The notes beneath the pieces are model-generated. The model did no database searches and was not told the DNA's origin. It saw only the letters and a program-made list of their open reading frames with translations. 64,000 bases of DNA from Octopus vulgaris (lineage: Eukaryota), in assembly GCA_951406725.2 (NCBI GenBank), contig OX597820.1, forward strand, positions 39,680,001 to 39,744,000, read 5' to 3'. The position numbers were made by a program, and so were the translations under genes. Each line of letters begins with the position of its first letter. Positions within the stretch are counted from its first letter, which is position 1. Shown piece by piece: positions 28,779 through 40,530 of the stretch.

Positions 28779-28940
28779 AACACACACACACTCTCACATA
28801 TATATACGACGAGCTACTTTCAGTTTCTCTCTACCGAATCCACTCGACCAGAGGCTAGAGTAGAAGACACTTACGCAACGTGCCACGCAGTGTGATTGAA
28901 CCCGGAAGCATGCTGTTGGTAAAGAAGCTACTTACCACAT
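28505..28940 (-). mobile_element. SINE family B with internal (CA)n
   Basis: TTTGACTGCGGCCATGCTGGAGCAC...GTAGAAGACACTT...GCCACGCAGTG. Confidence 0.88.
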
Positions 28941-28977
28941 GTATATGTATGTATATATATATATGTGTATATATATA

Positions 28978-29165
28978 GTTCAAATCTACAGAAAACAAAA
29001 GACGAAGACAAATGAGGGAACAAAATGTATTAGTTTGACGCTTGGAAAAAATGGAAAAATCTTCGGCGTTTTGAGCCTAAGCCCTTCGACAGATAGACTT
29101 GAGAAGAAAAAAAAAATGACCGCAAAAAAAAAAAAGGAGAGACAAAAAGGTGTAGGGATTAATCG
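28978..29165 (-). mobile_element. Decayed copy of the hammerhead-motif repeat at 1104-1285
   Basis: Minus strand CTGTCGAA-GGGC-TTAG-GCTC-AAAACG, AAGCGTCAAACTAATACA, TGTCTTCGTCTTTTGTTTT, ending at (TA)n. Confidence 0.65.
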
Positions 29166-29529
29166 TTCAACATGATCTGGAATAATCGTTAGCATAATGG
29201 GCAAAATGATGAGAGGCATGTCATCCGTCTTTACGTTCTAAATGCATATACCACGAAGGTCATCTTTGTAGATGTTACATTTGTATGAGGTACTCATAAG
29301 AGTTGAAAAGTATAGGAAAATGTGTTTTGTAGAGTAAACATATATCAAAACAGGAAATTTTCCGTATTGTTTATTTACCATTACACGTGAATTTTTTTAT
29401 TTATTTTGCTTTTCAGTCTGAAGAATTTCTAATAGGCGATATTTGATATATTTCTCCAAAACGTACGGTTTTGTCACTCCTATTAGCAAATGAAACACAT
29501 AATCGTGAAAAATAAGTTTTTCCAATCTC

Positions 29530-29568
<39 letters not shown>

Positions 29569-29857
29569 CATACGTGTGTGTGTGTGTATGTGTGTATAGA
29601 TAGAAACAAAAATATAGACACGTTCACACACATACGTGCAGAAGGGTGTAGGGTGGTTTATTAATGCTAGTTTAAGCTAAACTTACATAGATTGCAACTA
29701 TTAGTTTCACGTTTTACAGATCCTCGAGCAGTAAATTTAACAAATGAGACACTTTTACAATTATATGGCATATAAACTGCTAAACGTTTGGAGAAACACG
29801 TTAACGTTTACACACACACACACACACACACACACATATCAACACACACATATCATT

Positions 29858-30128
29858 GAGGCGCATGACTCAATGGTTAGACCATCGAGCTTACAATCGT
29901 GAGGTTGTGAGTTCGAATCACGGGCCGGGCTGCGTGTTGTGTTTTTAAGCAAGTCACTTTATTTCACGTTGCTCCAGTTCACTCAGCTGTAGAAATCAGT
30001 TGCGACCTCACGGGGGCCAACCTGTATCGGCCTTTGCCTTTCTCTTGGATAACACTGCCCGGACTTGTGCCTTGGAGGGTAATTTTCTAGGTGCAATCCC
30101 ATGGTCAGCCATGACCTAAGGGGGTCTC
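29858..30128 (+). mobile_element. tRNA-derived SINE family D (CORE-like domain)
   Basis: GAGGCGCATGACTCAATGGTTAG...GAGTTCGAATC (A/B boxes), AGCAAGTCACTTTATTTCAC...CACTCAGCTGTA. Confidence 0.8.
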
Positions 30129-30694
30129 AGCATATCAACGCAATTTAACGAATTTGTTAATTCAAGAAATATATTCCTTTTATTTCATGCATTTCTCTCA
30201 CAAACTGTCGTCTGTCTCTCTGTATGTACGTTTGTCTATGTGTCTGTCTCTCACTCTCACACACTCAGACCCTCTTATTTACACATAGAGAAACAACTTT
30301 AATCATATATGTCTGTCGTGCGCGCGCGTGTGCAGTGTGCGTGAGTGTGCGTGAGTGTGTGTGCGTGTGTGCGTCTGCGTGTATGTGTTTGTGTTTATAT
30401 TTCTGTGTGTGCTGTACGTTTATGCATGTATTATGTATATGTGAATGACCTCATTCGCTTTATACGAGAGATACGAGAGGGTAGTTTTGTGAAGTGACTC
30501 TAGACTCAAAGATTAGAAATTCTTAGTCAACTTTTCTCTGTGACTGTGTGTTCGTGTGCAACATAAAGCGATATCAGAGACTGCTGCGAAGACAAGCGGA
30601 TCCGCATGCAAGGGAGATAACTGCTGAAGTCTAGGGAGGACAACTTCATACAATTTGTTTACTTTCACTTTCTCTTCTCTTTTTGGCACACACA

Positions 30695-30747
<53 letters not shown>

Positions 30748-30969
30748 ACTGTCACATACACACACAATATGGATATACCGACTCATACTCTAAAACATAC
30801 ATACACACTGGTATCCAGTGGGCAGTGTTGCTGGGTGGTTAACTTGTACGGTTCACATCGACTATTTCACAGTGTCAGGTTTCAATCCATCTCCTCGGAA
30901 AATTGGGTATGTGCCATCTACCATCTATTAGAGCCTCTAACAGAGGCCAAGTATGAGCAATTAGACAGA

Positions 30970-31131
30970 TGTAGGCATGGCTGTGTGGTAAGACGATTCT
31001 TCCCAACTCCATGGTTTAGAATTCAGTCCTGCGTCATGACAGCCTGGTAAAGTAGTTTTCTACTACAGCTCCGGGCCGCTTAAAACATTGTGTGTGAATT
31101 GGTATATCGAAAAGTGAAAGAAACCCATCGT
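30970..31131 (+). mobile_element. 5' half of SINE family B
   Basis: GGCATGGCTGTGTGGTAAG...GAAAGAAACCCATCG. Confidence 0.75.
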
Positions 31132-31227
31132 ATATGTATGCGTTTGTGTGAGTGTGCATGATGTATGTATGTGTGTATGTATCTGCCTGTCTGTCAATCT
31201 ATCTATCTGTCTTTCTGTCTGCCAGCA

Positions 31228-31283
<56 letters not shown>

Positions 31284-31564
31284 CATCTTTCTATCTATTT
31301 ATCTATGTATCAATCTGTCTGTCTGTCTGTCTATCTATCTATCAATCCTCTGTCTGCCTATCAATCAATCTATCTATCTGTCTGTCTGTCTATCTATCTA
31401 TCGATCTATCTCTCTGAGGTTAAAAATAAATCTGTATGAACGTCATTTTCGTATTTATATGATCGTCATGTTTATATGATCGTCTGTGTTTCTCCTTATT
31501 TCTCTTACATATGCTCTGTAGCTCATAACTAACATGATCATATACACAAAGGCGTGGCTCCGTA

Positions 31565-31947
31565 TAGGCGCAGGCGTGGCTGTGTGGTGAGACGGTTGCT
31601 TCCCAGTAACATGGTTCCAGGTTCACTCCCACTGCGTAGCACCTCGAGTAAGTATCTTCTACCATTGTCTCTGGCCGACTAAAGCCTTGTGAGTGGATTT
31701 GGTAGACAGAAACTAAACAAAGCCCATCGTGTACGTATGTGTGTATTGTGTGCATCTTTGTGACTGTGTTTGTTCCCCACCACCGCTTCACAACCGGTGT
31801 TATGTGTTTTCGTCCACATAAATTAGCTGTTCGGCAAAATTCACTTGCAAGGCTTTGCTCGGCCCGAAGCTATAGCAGAAGACACTTACCTAAGGTCTCA
31901 TGCAGTGAGACTGAATTCGGGACCATATGGTGAGAAAGCAAGCTTCA
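31565..31947. mobile_element. SINE family B 5' part (+) fused to an inverted SINE B 5' part (-)
   Basis: Plus GGCGCAGGCGTGGCTGTGTGG to about 31840, then reverse-oriented CAAGGCTTTGCTCGGCCCGAAGCTATAGCAGAAGACAC...AAGCAAGCTTC. Confidence 0.82.
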
Positions 31948-32139
31948 TAAGATGTAGTTAATACAGTATGAGCTTATCATTCATCTTAAACTTTATGATA
32001 GTATGTCAACATCAAATTCTACGATAAAGTTTACTGATGTTTACTTCTAGTTCGTTCTCTTTCATATCCAACGGGGTTACTTTCATTGCAACATTGACTT
32101 ATCGCGGGCAGTTTCAGGTATGCCCTGGGTGTTATTTTA

Positions 32140-32460
32140 GAGTATGGTCAATATGACCCTAGGAGGTACATATAAAATTTTGAGGGTTCCACGCTAGTGA
32201 AATAGTAAATTGCGGTTCTGCAGTAATATTTTACGGGTCCATGAAAAGTTTTTATTTCAGTGCATGTATTACAAGTAACAGCTAGTTTCTTTCTCTAGCA
32301 TTTTACATAGTTCAACCTATACAAGTGAATGTGTGAATAATTAGCAATATGACAGAAGTATCTGTAAAATTAGTTCTTAAACATCAAGTGACTATGGAGC
32401 CCACCACAATTAAATAGTAATTGAAAGGATCCCTTGGTGAAGAATGGTTGTGGACCACTG
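32140..32460. mobile_element. Decayed hAT-type MITE related to 11782-12258
   Basis: Right end AATGGTTGTGGACCACTG; left end eroded. Confidence 0.5.
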
Positions 32461-32479
32461 TTTTGGCGTGTTAGCAGAT

Positions 32480-32945
32480 AGATACATATGGATGTATTTA
32501 TACAACCGGCAGTTTTTTTAATCAAATCGCTCGCACTGTAAACTGTGTGGCAGTTTCATTAGACTGCAGGAAAGCTTTCGATTTTGTTTATCACTTTTGA
32601 CTGTTACAACCACTGTAGTTTTCATAAGTGCACGTTACCTTAGAATCTGAAAGAGAAACGCTCAAAAAATCCTGGTCAGCAATCCTCATACTATAACTGA
32701 AAGCAGAACAATTGTGTCGATGTTATAAATCTTTCAAACGGAGAATTTGAAGGAGACAACCTGTCTATGGTTCTGTTTATTTTGGCAATAAATTCATTGT
32801 CCTTTCCTTCACAATAAATGCAACGGTTCCGTGTTACGTTTTGCTACAGCAAGAGACAGTAATGTAAATCATAACTTATTTGTAGACGATATGAAGATCT
32901 TCACTGGAAGTATGTAACAATGCTGAGGGAAAACAGCTGGATTTA
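32480..32945 (+). pseudogene. Decayed RT fragment of an RLE-type LINE
   Basis: LDCRKAFD, EGDNLSMVLFILAINSLSF, NHNLFVDDMKIF read manually across frameshifts. Confidence 0.7.
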
Positions 32946-33069
32946 ATAATAATATATAATATTTTTAACTTGTAGATGGACGCAGGAAAGATACTTATCC
33001 TTCTCTAAAATCAAACGTTTACACAAATGATCTCTCTCTACATACCGTCCATCTGTTCATATATATATA

Positions 33070-33110
<41 letters not shown>

Positions 33111-33128
33111 GTTTTATTATAAATAGCG

Positions 33129-33171
<43 letters not shown>

Positions 33172-35197
33172 AGAGAAAGAGAAGAATATTTTCTTTATAA
33201 CAAGAGACGAGAATGCGTGTAAGACAAAAGAAAGAACACGTAAATTACACGATTCGTTTACTCATGACAGCTTCGTGGGAACCTTGCTAAACCAAAGCAT
33301 GTCGATCACTATAAATGCAACCATCGCTGAAACCGTAGGCCGTATTCATTGTTTCTACTAGGACTTATCAACATTTATGTCGACAACCAATCACAGAAGA
33401 GCTGCTACTAAGTGAGCCTGAGACCTAGCCCCATATACTCGTTCCATTGCTTTTTTTTTTATATCACTGTTCGACTTTGTAAATCTCATAATCGATAGGT
33501 TCATGAAAAAAAATCAAAATTCAAAAGTGAACCTCTAGCAATAATGATGTGTAATACTCGATGTACAATCACCATTCGTGTGTCCAGAGAGTATTGGCAA
33601 ATCTTTGTCTGTGATAAAGAAAGGTTATCTAAACTAGGAATTAGTGCTTAGCTATACTAGATCCGCAGGAGATTTAAGAGAAATGAGTATCATTAATTGA
33701 TTAATTTCGTCTGATATTCTACCTCCGTTCAAATAGTAAGTTGTTTCATGGAGTCCCAGTAAGAAGGATTTTGAGGTTCCTTGAATCCAGACTAAATTAA
33801 TAAATACCGTACATCATTTTTGAATGCTTGCTTTCCAGCATTGCAGTGCTTTTTTATGCATGGAATTGGCGAACAGTTTAATATGCTCAGAGGAAAAAGA
33901 TCATCGGGTTTTTTTGTTTGACCCGACAGTTTCTTATGAATTAGTTACCCATGCATTTGAGAAACAAAGCATTAAAAGTTATGCTGTTTACCAATAAAAA
34001 AATCATGACCAATTGGCTGGTAGTAGCCACGGCAATCATTAGATGGCACAATATCTCTCCATTGTTAATGAGCCTTTTTTCCACAATTCGATTATATATT
34101 TCTGATCTATTAACCTCATCAATTGAATTTTCATTCGCGATATTTTACGTTCATACTGAATTTTCATCAGTTTGGTCATCGGTCGGCATAAGGTGTCTTA
34201 TTCTCGGTTATTTAAATTCTTAAATAACCCGAAAATGAAGTGTTAACTATATGAGAGTAAATAAAGTTTCAGAATTAGAATCCGATCCGGTACTTTATAG
34301 GCATTAAGGAATAAGGCTTCTCATATCGATCAGTGATTAAAGAGTAGAATAGATATTGAAAAAAGAAGTAATGACTTTGTCGTAATTATTTTTTTCTTAA
34401 TAATGGAGCAATTAACCCCATATAAACAAGAGGTTAATTGTTATGAAAAATTACCAGCTTTTATGATATAATCAATATTAAGCTGGAGGAGAAGGAGAAG
34501 TAGCTTTTGAAACTCGTAGACCTTCCCAGTCTTTTAAATAAAATTCCTAGGATGAGACACTAAATCTGAAACAAATCATCGATAAAAAGGTCTGTTAGAA
34601 TTAAACAAGAGAAGAGTAAAAGAAGGGATGCAAAACTAAAAAAATATTTGAATTATGTTGTTTCATTCAAGGCCACGTATAATCGACCTATTATATAAAA
34701 AAAGAAAAACTCTAGGCGTGATTACCACCTCCCCCCACCTCATTGTAAGAGTACGTCTATGGCTACCTTATTCCATTCATTCTTCCCTTTCTGATGATGG
34801 TAGGATGTATTTTGAGGGAAATTTACCTAGTATATATAATAGATCAAGCGATTATGAGAGGTTCTGCCAATGGTCATCTTTAAATTGCCGTAATGATTGG
34901 GATGATGATTTATCTAATTGTTGCCAGGTATTAGTATCTATAGAACAACATAGCAATATAGCAATGAAAACTAAAGATTTTTTTTATACCAAAGTGGTAT
35001 ACATATGTGTTTATATATATATATATATTAACACAGTTTGATTCCGTACTAAAGTTTCGCAGGCCTCTCACTGAAGCCCGTCTTTTTGAGGCTAAAGAGG
35101 CCAAACTGTTTTAAATAATACACGCAACTCCTACTAAATGCGTTGGGTACCATTTTCATTCGTTTTTCCAATCATTCGTATATATATATATATATAT

Positions 35198-35400
35198 AGT
35201 TAATCCAAACATGAAAACACAAAGAGAAAACACAACAACGCGAGGACGTGGAACAAGTATAGTATTATTGGACGCTCAGGAAAGAAGGAGGGTTTAACGT
35301 TTCGAGCGGAGCTCTTCATCAGAAACATAGGAAAAGGAAAGATTCAAAGAAGGGAAGACGGAGGAAAAAAAATCGCCAACGGTACACACGCGGTCACATT
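35198..35400 (-). mobile_element. Short non-coding repeat carrying a minimal hammerhead, 3' end at (TA)n
   Basis: Contains the hammerhead motif below and TTCCTGAGCGT...TAATAC shared with 1104-1285. Confidence 0.7.
35292..35326 (-). ncRNA. Minimal type I hammerhead ribozyme motif
   Basis: GTTT-CTGATGA-A-GAGC-TCC-GCTC-GAAA-CGTT-AAAC: intact CUGAUGA and GAAA cores, 4-bp stems I and II, palindromic loopless stem III (AACGTT). Confidence 0.75.
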
Positions 35401-35529
35401 TTAATACGGAGCTAATAAATCAGGAGAAAAATATTTGCGAAGAAATCACTCTATTATTATCTAGTGTGACAATTAAACATAATAATAACAGAATGAATAA
35501 CATAGGCGATTACGCCCCTCTCCCCAAAA

Positions 35530-35832
35530 AACTTGATCTCTCTACTAGATGCTTCTGCCACGGCCAAATCTATGTTGCTTGCTCACGAGTTGGAAGCAGC
35601 AACAATTTATTATTTCGACACCAACATAAAATTACACAATATTATTTACTATGAGGTGCTTCAACATTGATAGATTTTCAGTTCGAAATTCTGTTATCAT
35701 GACAATTTGGATATTTTAAAAATAAAATATAAATGTTTTGAAATAATTATGAGGATATATCTTTATATTTATTGTTTACTAATCTGAATTAGAAGAGCAG
35801 TAACCAGGGAAACGCCAGGTCGTTCAGCTTCT
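35530..35832 (+). mobile_element. Helitron 3' end (helicase C-terminus and terminal hairpin)
   Basis: LDLSTRCFCHGQIYVACSRVG (PIF1-like FSHGQLYVA.SRV); subterminal ACCAGGGAAACGCCAGGTCGTTCAGCT. Confidence 0.8.
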
Positions 35833-36061
35833 ATGCGGCTGTCTGTCATCGTTAATTTCTATATACGTCCAGCATTTACATGCAGGACAATTAAACGAAC
35901 TGGTAGTGTTTGATATTTAAAAACAAATAGAATTTCTTTTGAAAAATGTATCTTCATAGCGTGCATAATAATATCTATATTATTGTTATCTATAATATAT
36001 GTTTTAACAAATTGTAGTATATCACGTTGGTGATTAATAATTACAATTTTTATTATAGACA

Positions 36062-36183
36062 CAGACGTGACTGTGTGGTGAAAAATTTGCTTCCCAACCA
36101 CATCGTTTCGGGTTAAGCCACACTGCAACAAAATGCTTGCTTGTGAGTGAATTTAGTAGAAAGAAACTGAAAAGAAATCCGTC

Positions 36184-36185
<2 letters not shown>
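36062..36185 (+). mobile_element. SINE family B 5' fragment
   Basis: GTGACTGTGTGGTGAAAAATTTGCTTCCCAACCAC...GAAACTGAAAAGAAATCCGTCG. Confidence 0.75.
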
Positions 36186-36218
<33 letters not shown>

Positions 36219-36230
36219 TATAGATATATA

Positions 36231-36390
36231 GCTGAAGGATTAAAATTAATCAAATGACATACTAAGTATGTATACTTGCTGAAAATGACTCTTATTTAAA
36301 TAGCCAAGCGATTTAAATAAGAATTTTGACTGTTATTTCCAGCAAAAAGACATACTTAGTATGTTCTTTGATTAATTTTTATCATTCAAC
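36231..36390. repeat. Fold-back (near fully palindromic) element flanked by TA
   Basis: TGAAGGATTAAAATTAATCAAATGACATACTAAGTATGT pairs with ACATACTTAGTATGTTCTTTGATTAATTTTTATCATTCA; inner TCTTATTTAAAT/ATTTAAATAAGA. Confidence 0.8.
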
Positions 36391-36429
36391 TATTTAATGC
36401 TTTTTTTTTGGCATTCGGGGTGAGTTGGG

Positions 36430-36552
36430 GCTGCAATCGCCTTGAGGGATTGACCATGAGATTTGTTAATTGAAATAACAAAACTTAGTTTGACAAGAAA
36501 CTGAAGCGTCTTAAATTCAAATGAAACATCTGTAGGTGTTATTTTTAATACG
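36430..36552 (-). mobile_element. Helitron helicase fragment
   Basis: TPTDVSFEFKTLQFLVKLSFVISINKSHGQSL matches the Helitron F.FKRLQFP..L.FA.TINKSQGQSL motif. Confidence 0.8.
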
Positions 36553-36573
36553 AAATCAAAGAAAAAAATCAAC

Positions 36574-39500
36574 ATGAAAGACTTATTGTCTTGCGCGGTG
36601 CAGTTGCATCAGCAACAGTAACAACAACAACAGTTACAACAACAACTACAACAGCAATAACAACAATACCAACAGTTATTGGAAACAATGTTGAAGAAGT
36701 CTAAAAATAATTCAAGTAAGTTATCCCCTGCCGAACACGAAAGATACTGTAATTATATTCTGCCGTAGAAACTAGGTGAGATTTGTTTCGATGAAACAAT
36801 TAATTTATTATCGAGAATTTTCAGTGAAAGAATTTCCCTGTTCAATACTCATTGGCAGTGTTCAAATTTAGTTTTAAAAAAAGATGAAGATTTCGTCACC
36901 AGTACTGGGGTCATTAATAGAGAATGGGAAAAATTCAAATTAAACGAATTAACCCCGGATCTGTTCAAATGTATAATGTTTGTTCAAGGGTTAACAAAAT
37001 TTGAACAGGACCAAATATTAACTCTACAAGCAGTGGTTGAAGAAAGCCTTAGGATAATAAATCTAAGACGTGACGGGGATAAAGTAAAAGATTGCTCTCA
37101 GATATATGCGTGTCGACCTGAAACGGATAAGAAAAAGGAAAAACGAAAGTTAAGACCAAATCCAAACTATGGGTGCGGAGGTTTACAATTTAGAAATAAG
37201 TGTTGTTTTAAAAATTGTAAATGTTTTGGTTGTGGAAATATTGAACATAAAAGCTCACATTGTATAGCGAAACAAAAAACAAAAAAAGGGTAAAAAATAA
37301 ATTCTAGAAAAAATGTACTGTTAACGAAATTTCTAAGCGAGGCTTAGAAAAGAAAATTTGTGTCCATAAAAGTGAATAATGTGAATATCAAGTTACAATT
37401 GGATACGGGCATTTATTTGGAGCAGACTGGAAGGAATTATTTAATTTTATAAAAAAAGTGAATGGTTCTTCCACCGGTACAGATAAGGTGTCGAAAGATT
37501 TAAATAAAGAATTTGAAAAAAAATTTCCTGAAGTTTTTCCTGATGAATTGGGTCTTTGCATCAAAACAAAGGCAAAGTTTCGAGTGAAAGAAAACGCTAG
37601 ACCGGTATTTAAACAAAAGAAGATCGGTACCTTTCGCAGCGTTGAACGAAAAATTGGATAGACTTGAAAAGCTCGGCGAAATATTGAAAAAATTGTTTAC
37701 TCAAAATCTGAGTACCGTAAATCCTCGAGTATAATCCGCATTTTCCCCCCAAAATTTAAAGGACAAGAACCCTAGTGCGTACTATATACGAGGTTAAAAA
37801 TGAAAATTATTTTCTAAGCAATGTGCAAGTCTCTATTTGCTGTCCGGCAATGTTTATTCAGACGCATTTTGTGATGTCGGGCGCGAAAATACCTTAAGCT
37901 AAGTCTGAAAGCAATGAAGTCATAAAAGAATCATCCATAACTAGCAGTAAGCAACATTTATTAAACGTTATTACTGTTATTATTGTTATTTCTTTATTTT
38001 CTGCAAACAAAATGCACAAAACAGCGACACGTTTGCATATGTTATATGTACAATAATAATAAAGGACGTTACCGTATATAGTTTTACAAACCAAGGATGT
38101 TATATAGACCTCCTTGACTCAAGTTAGAGAAGGGGTGCGTATTATACACAAGGTTTAGGTTTTTCAGAGGTATAGCCCCCTAAAAATCCCCTGCGTATTA
38201 TACTCAAGGGCGGACTATACTCGAGGATTTTCAACGGGGTTAAAAGTTTGATGCCTTATAATTACCCGTTACCAAGTCCGTAGGAAATTTTCGCGATGGA
38301 CGAAAATTCGAATGGACGAAAATTTTTATCTCAAAGTTGGACTTACCTGAAGCACATTTGCAGGTAAAAGTCGATGAGGAATGTCCAAAATTATTGACAA
38401 TAAAACCCATAAAGGGTTGTATAAATTTAAACGACTCCCCTTTGGTATAAAGGTAGCACCTGGCATTTTCCAACAAGTTGTGGACATTATGCTCGCAGGT
38501 TCGGATTTCGCTGTAGCTTAACATGCCGACATACTCATAAAAAGCGAATCTCGGGGTTAGCATGCTGAGCATGTTAAAAAGGTCTTCGAAAGAATAAAAG
38601 AGCATACTTTTAAGCTTAGCGAGGAAGAGTGTGAATTTTCTATGCCAAGAAAAAATATCTAGGGCAGATTATTGAAGAAAATGAACCCAGATCATACCCG
38701 GCTAGGGCGAGTGCAATAAAAAATATACCTCCATCAACAAACATTAAAACGTAATAAGCATTTTTGGGGCTTGCAAATTATTACCAGGTATACATACCGA
38801 ATATGCACGATATAAGAGCACCCCTGAATAAATTGTTAAAAAAAGACGTTAAGAGGAACTGGTCGGACAAATACCAAAAAACTTTTGAAGAAATTAAAAA
38901 CGTTTTAATGTCGGAAATGTCGTTATCACATTTTGACCCGAATTTAGAAACAGTAGTAACAGCAGATGCTAGTGAAAGTGCTATTGGTGCTGTGATTTTA
39001 CACAAATATGAAGATGGTAGCCTGAAAGCAGTAGCGCATGCTTCGCGTTCATTATTGCTGGCTGAGAAAAGCTACAGCGAAATAGAAAAAGCGGTATTAG
39101 CCATTATATTTGCGGTAAAAAATCCCTATATTTATACATGGAAGAAGTTTCCGTCTTCTGACAGACCGCCGCCCATTATTGTCGATCTATGGATAAAAAA
39201 AAGGGTATCCCCACTCATACAGCCAACATATTGCAGCGCTGGGGAACGATCCTACTGAATTACGACTTCAAGATGGAGTATTTGCCATCGTAAAAATTGG
39301 GACATGAATATGGTTTGTCAAGATTAATACCAAAATACAGTGAACCACTTGAAGACAGCAATAGCGGCGTTAATAGCCGAAAATGAAATAAAATATATAT
39401 TGTGCAATGTTGTGCATGAATTGCCTGTGAGATTGAAAGAAATAAAAATTAAGGCAGAAACAGACGAGTTTATCATAAAAATTATAAAAATATTGAGATC

Positions 39501-40530
39501 ACAGAAACAAATAAAAAATACGTGTGGCTGGACGTAACACATTTTCGAATTTGTATTCGATATGTGATGATGTGCTTATGTACGCAAAGTGGGTGTGTAA
39601 TGCCTATCTCACTACAAGATCGAATGTTAAAGGAATTCCACACTGGACATCCAGGAATTTCTAGGATGAGTCGCTTATGAGGAGTTATGTTTAGTGGCGA
39701 AAAATGGATCTAGATATTGAGAAGATGGTAAAATCCTGCAGAGATTGTGATCTTGCAGCGAAATAATCACCTGTAAAATTTTAACCTTGCCCCCCCACCC
39801 CTAAACCGATATTCCATGGTCCACTCTACACATAGACTTCACAGGAACGTTAAACCGATCATATTATCTACTAGCGATGGGCAACTTTACTAAATGGCGG
39901 AAATATGTAAATTCAGAAAACCGACATCCACGGTAACAGTGGAATTTCTACACCAACTTTTTGCTAGGTATGGTGTCCCGGATACCATAGTCTCCGATAA
40001 CATTATACAATTCACGGCGAATGAATTTAAGTATTTTTGCAAGATGTACTCAATTGAACATATCACTACTCCTCCGTATCGAAGATCAAACGGGCAAGCG
40101 GAAAGATTCGTAGATACATTTAAAAGAGCATTAAAGAAATCAAGAAACGAGCTAGTTGATGACGCAGAATTGACACAATTCTTGAAGGTTTATAGGACAA
40201 CACCAAACCCAAACACTCTGTCAGGTAAGTCGCCTGCAGAACTAAAGTTTTCTCTAAAAATAAAGTTAATTTTTGACAAACTGCAACCAATAAGAAAAAC
40301 AAATAGGGAAAACTCTAAAGATACAACAAAGCATTTTAATGTCGATGACAAGGTGTTTTTTTAAAATATATAAAAATAGATCTCAAGGTTGGGAAGACGG
40401 AGTAGGAACAAAAAGAATAGGTATAATAACATATATGATAAGAGGCGGAAAATGGGAGCACAAAAGACATTTAAACCAGCTAGACACTCATAAAATTGAT
40501 AATATTGAAAACAGTAAAACGTACACACAC
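36574..40530 (+). mobile_element. Decayed Ty3/Gypsy internal region (gag-PR-RT-RH-IN); no LTRs identified
   Basis: polyQ gag start, CFGCGNIEHKSSHC knuckle, LQLDTG protease, YKFKRLPFGIKVAPGIFQ RT, ADASESAIGAVI RNase H, GVPDTIVSDN and SNGQAERFV integrase; many stops and frameshifts. Confidence 0.92.
37715..38237. mobile_element. Non-autonomous Tc2/pogo-like DNA transposon nested in the Gypsy RT
   Basis: TIRs TA-CCGTAAATCCTCGAGTATAATCCGC / GCGGACTATACTCGAGGATTTTCAACGG; internal repeats TGCGTA(C/T)TATA. Confidence 0.8.
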
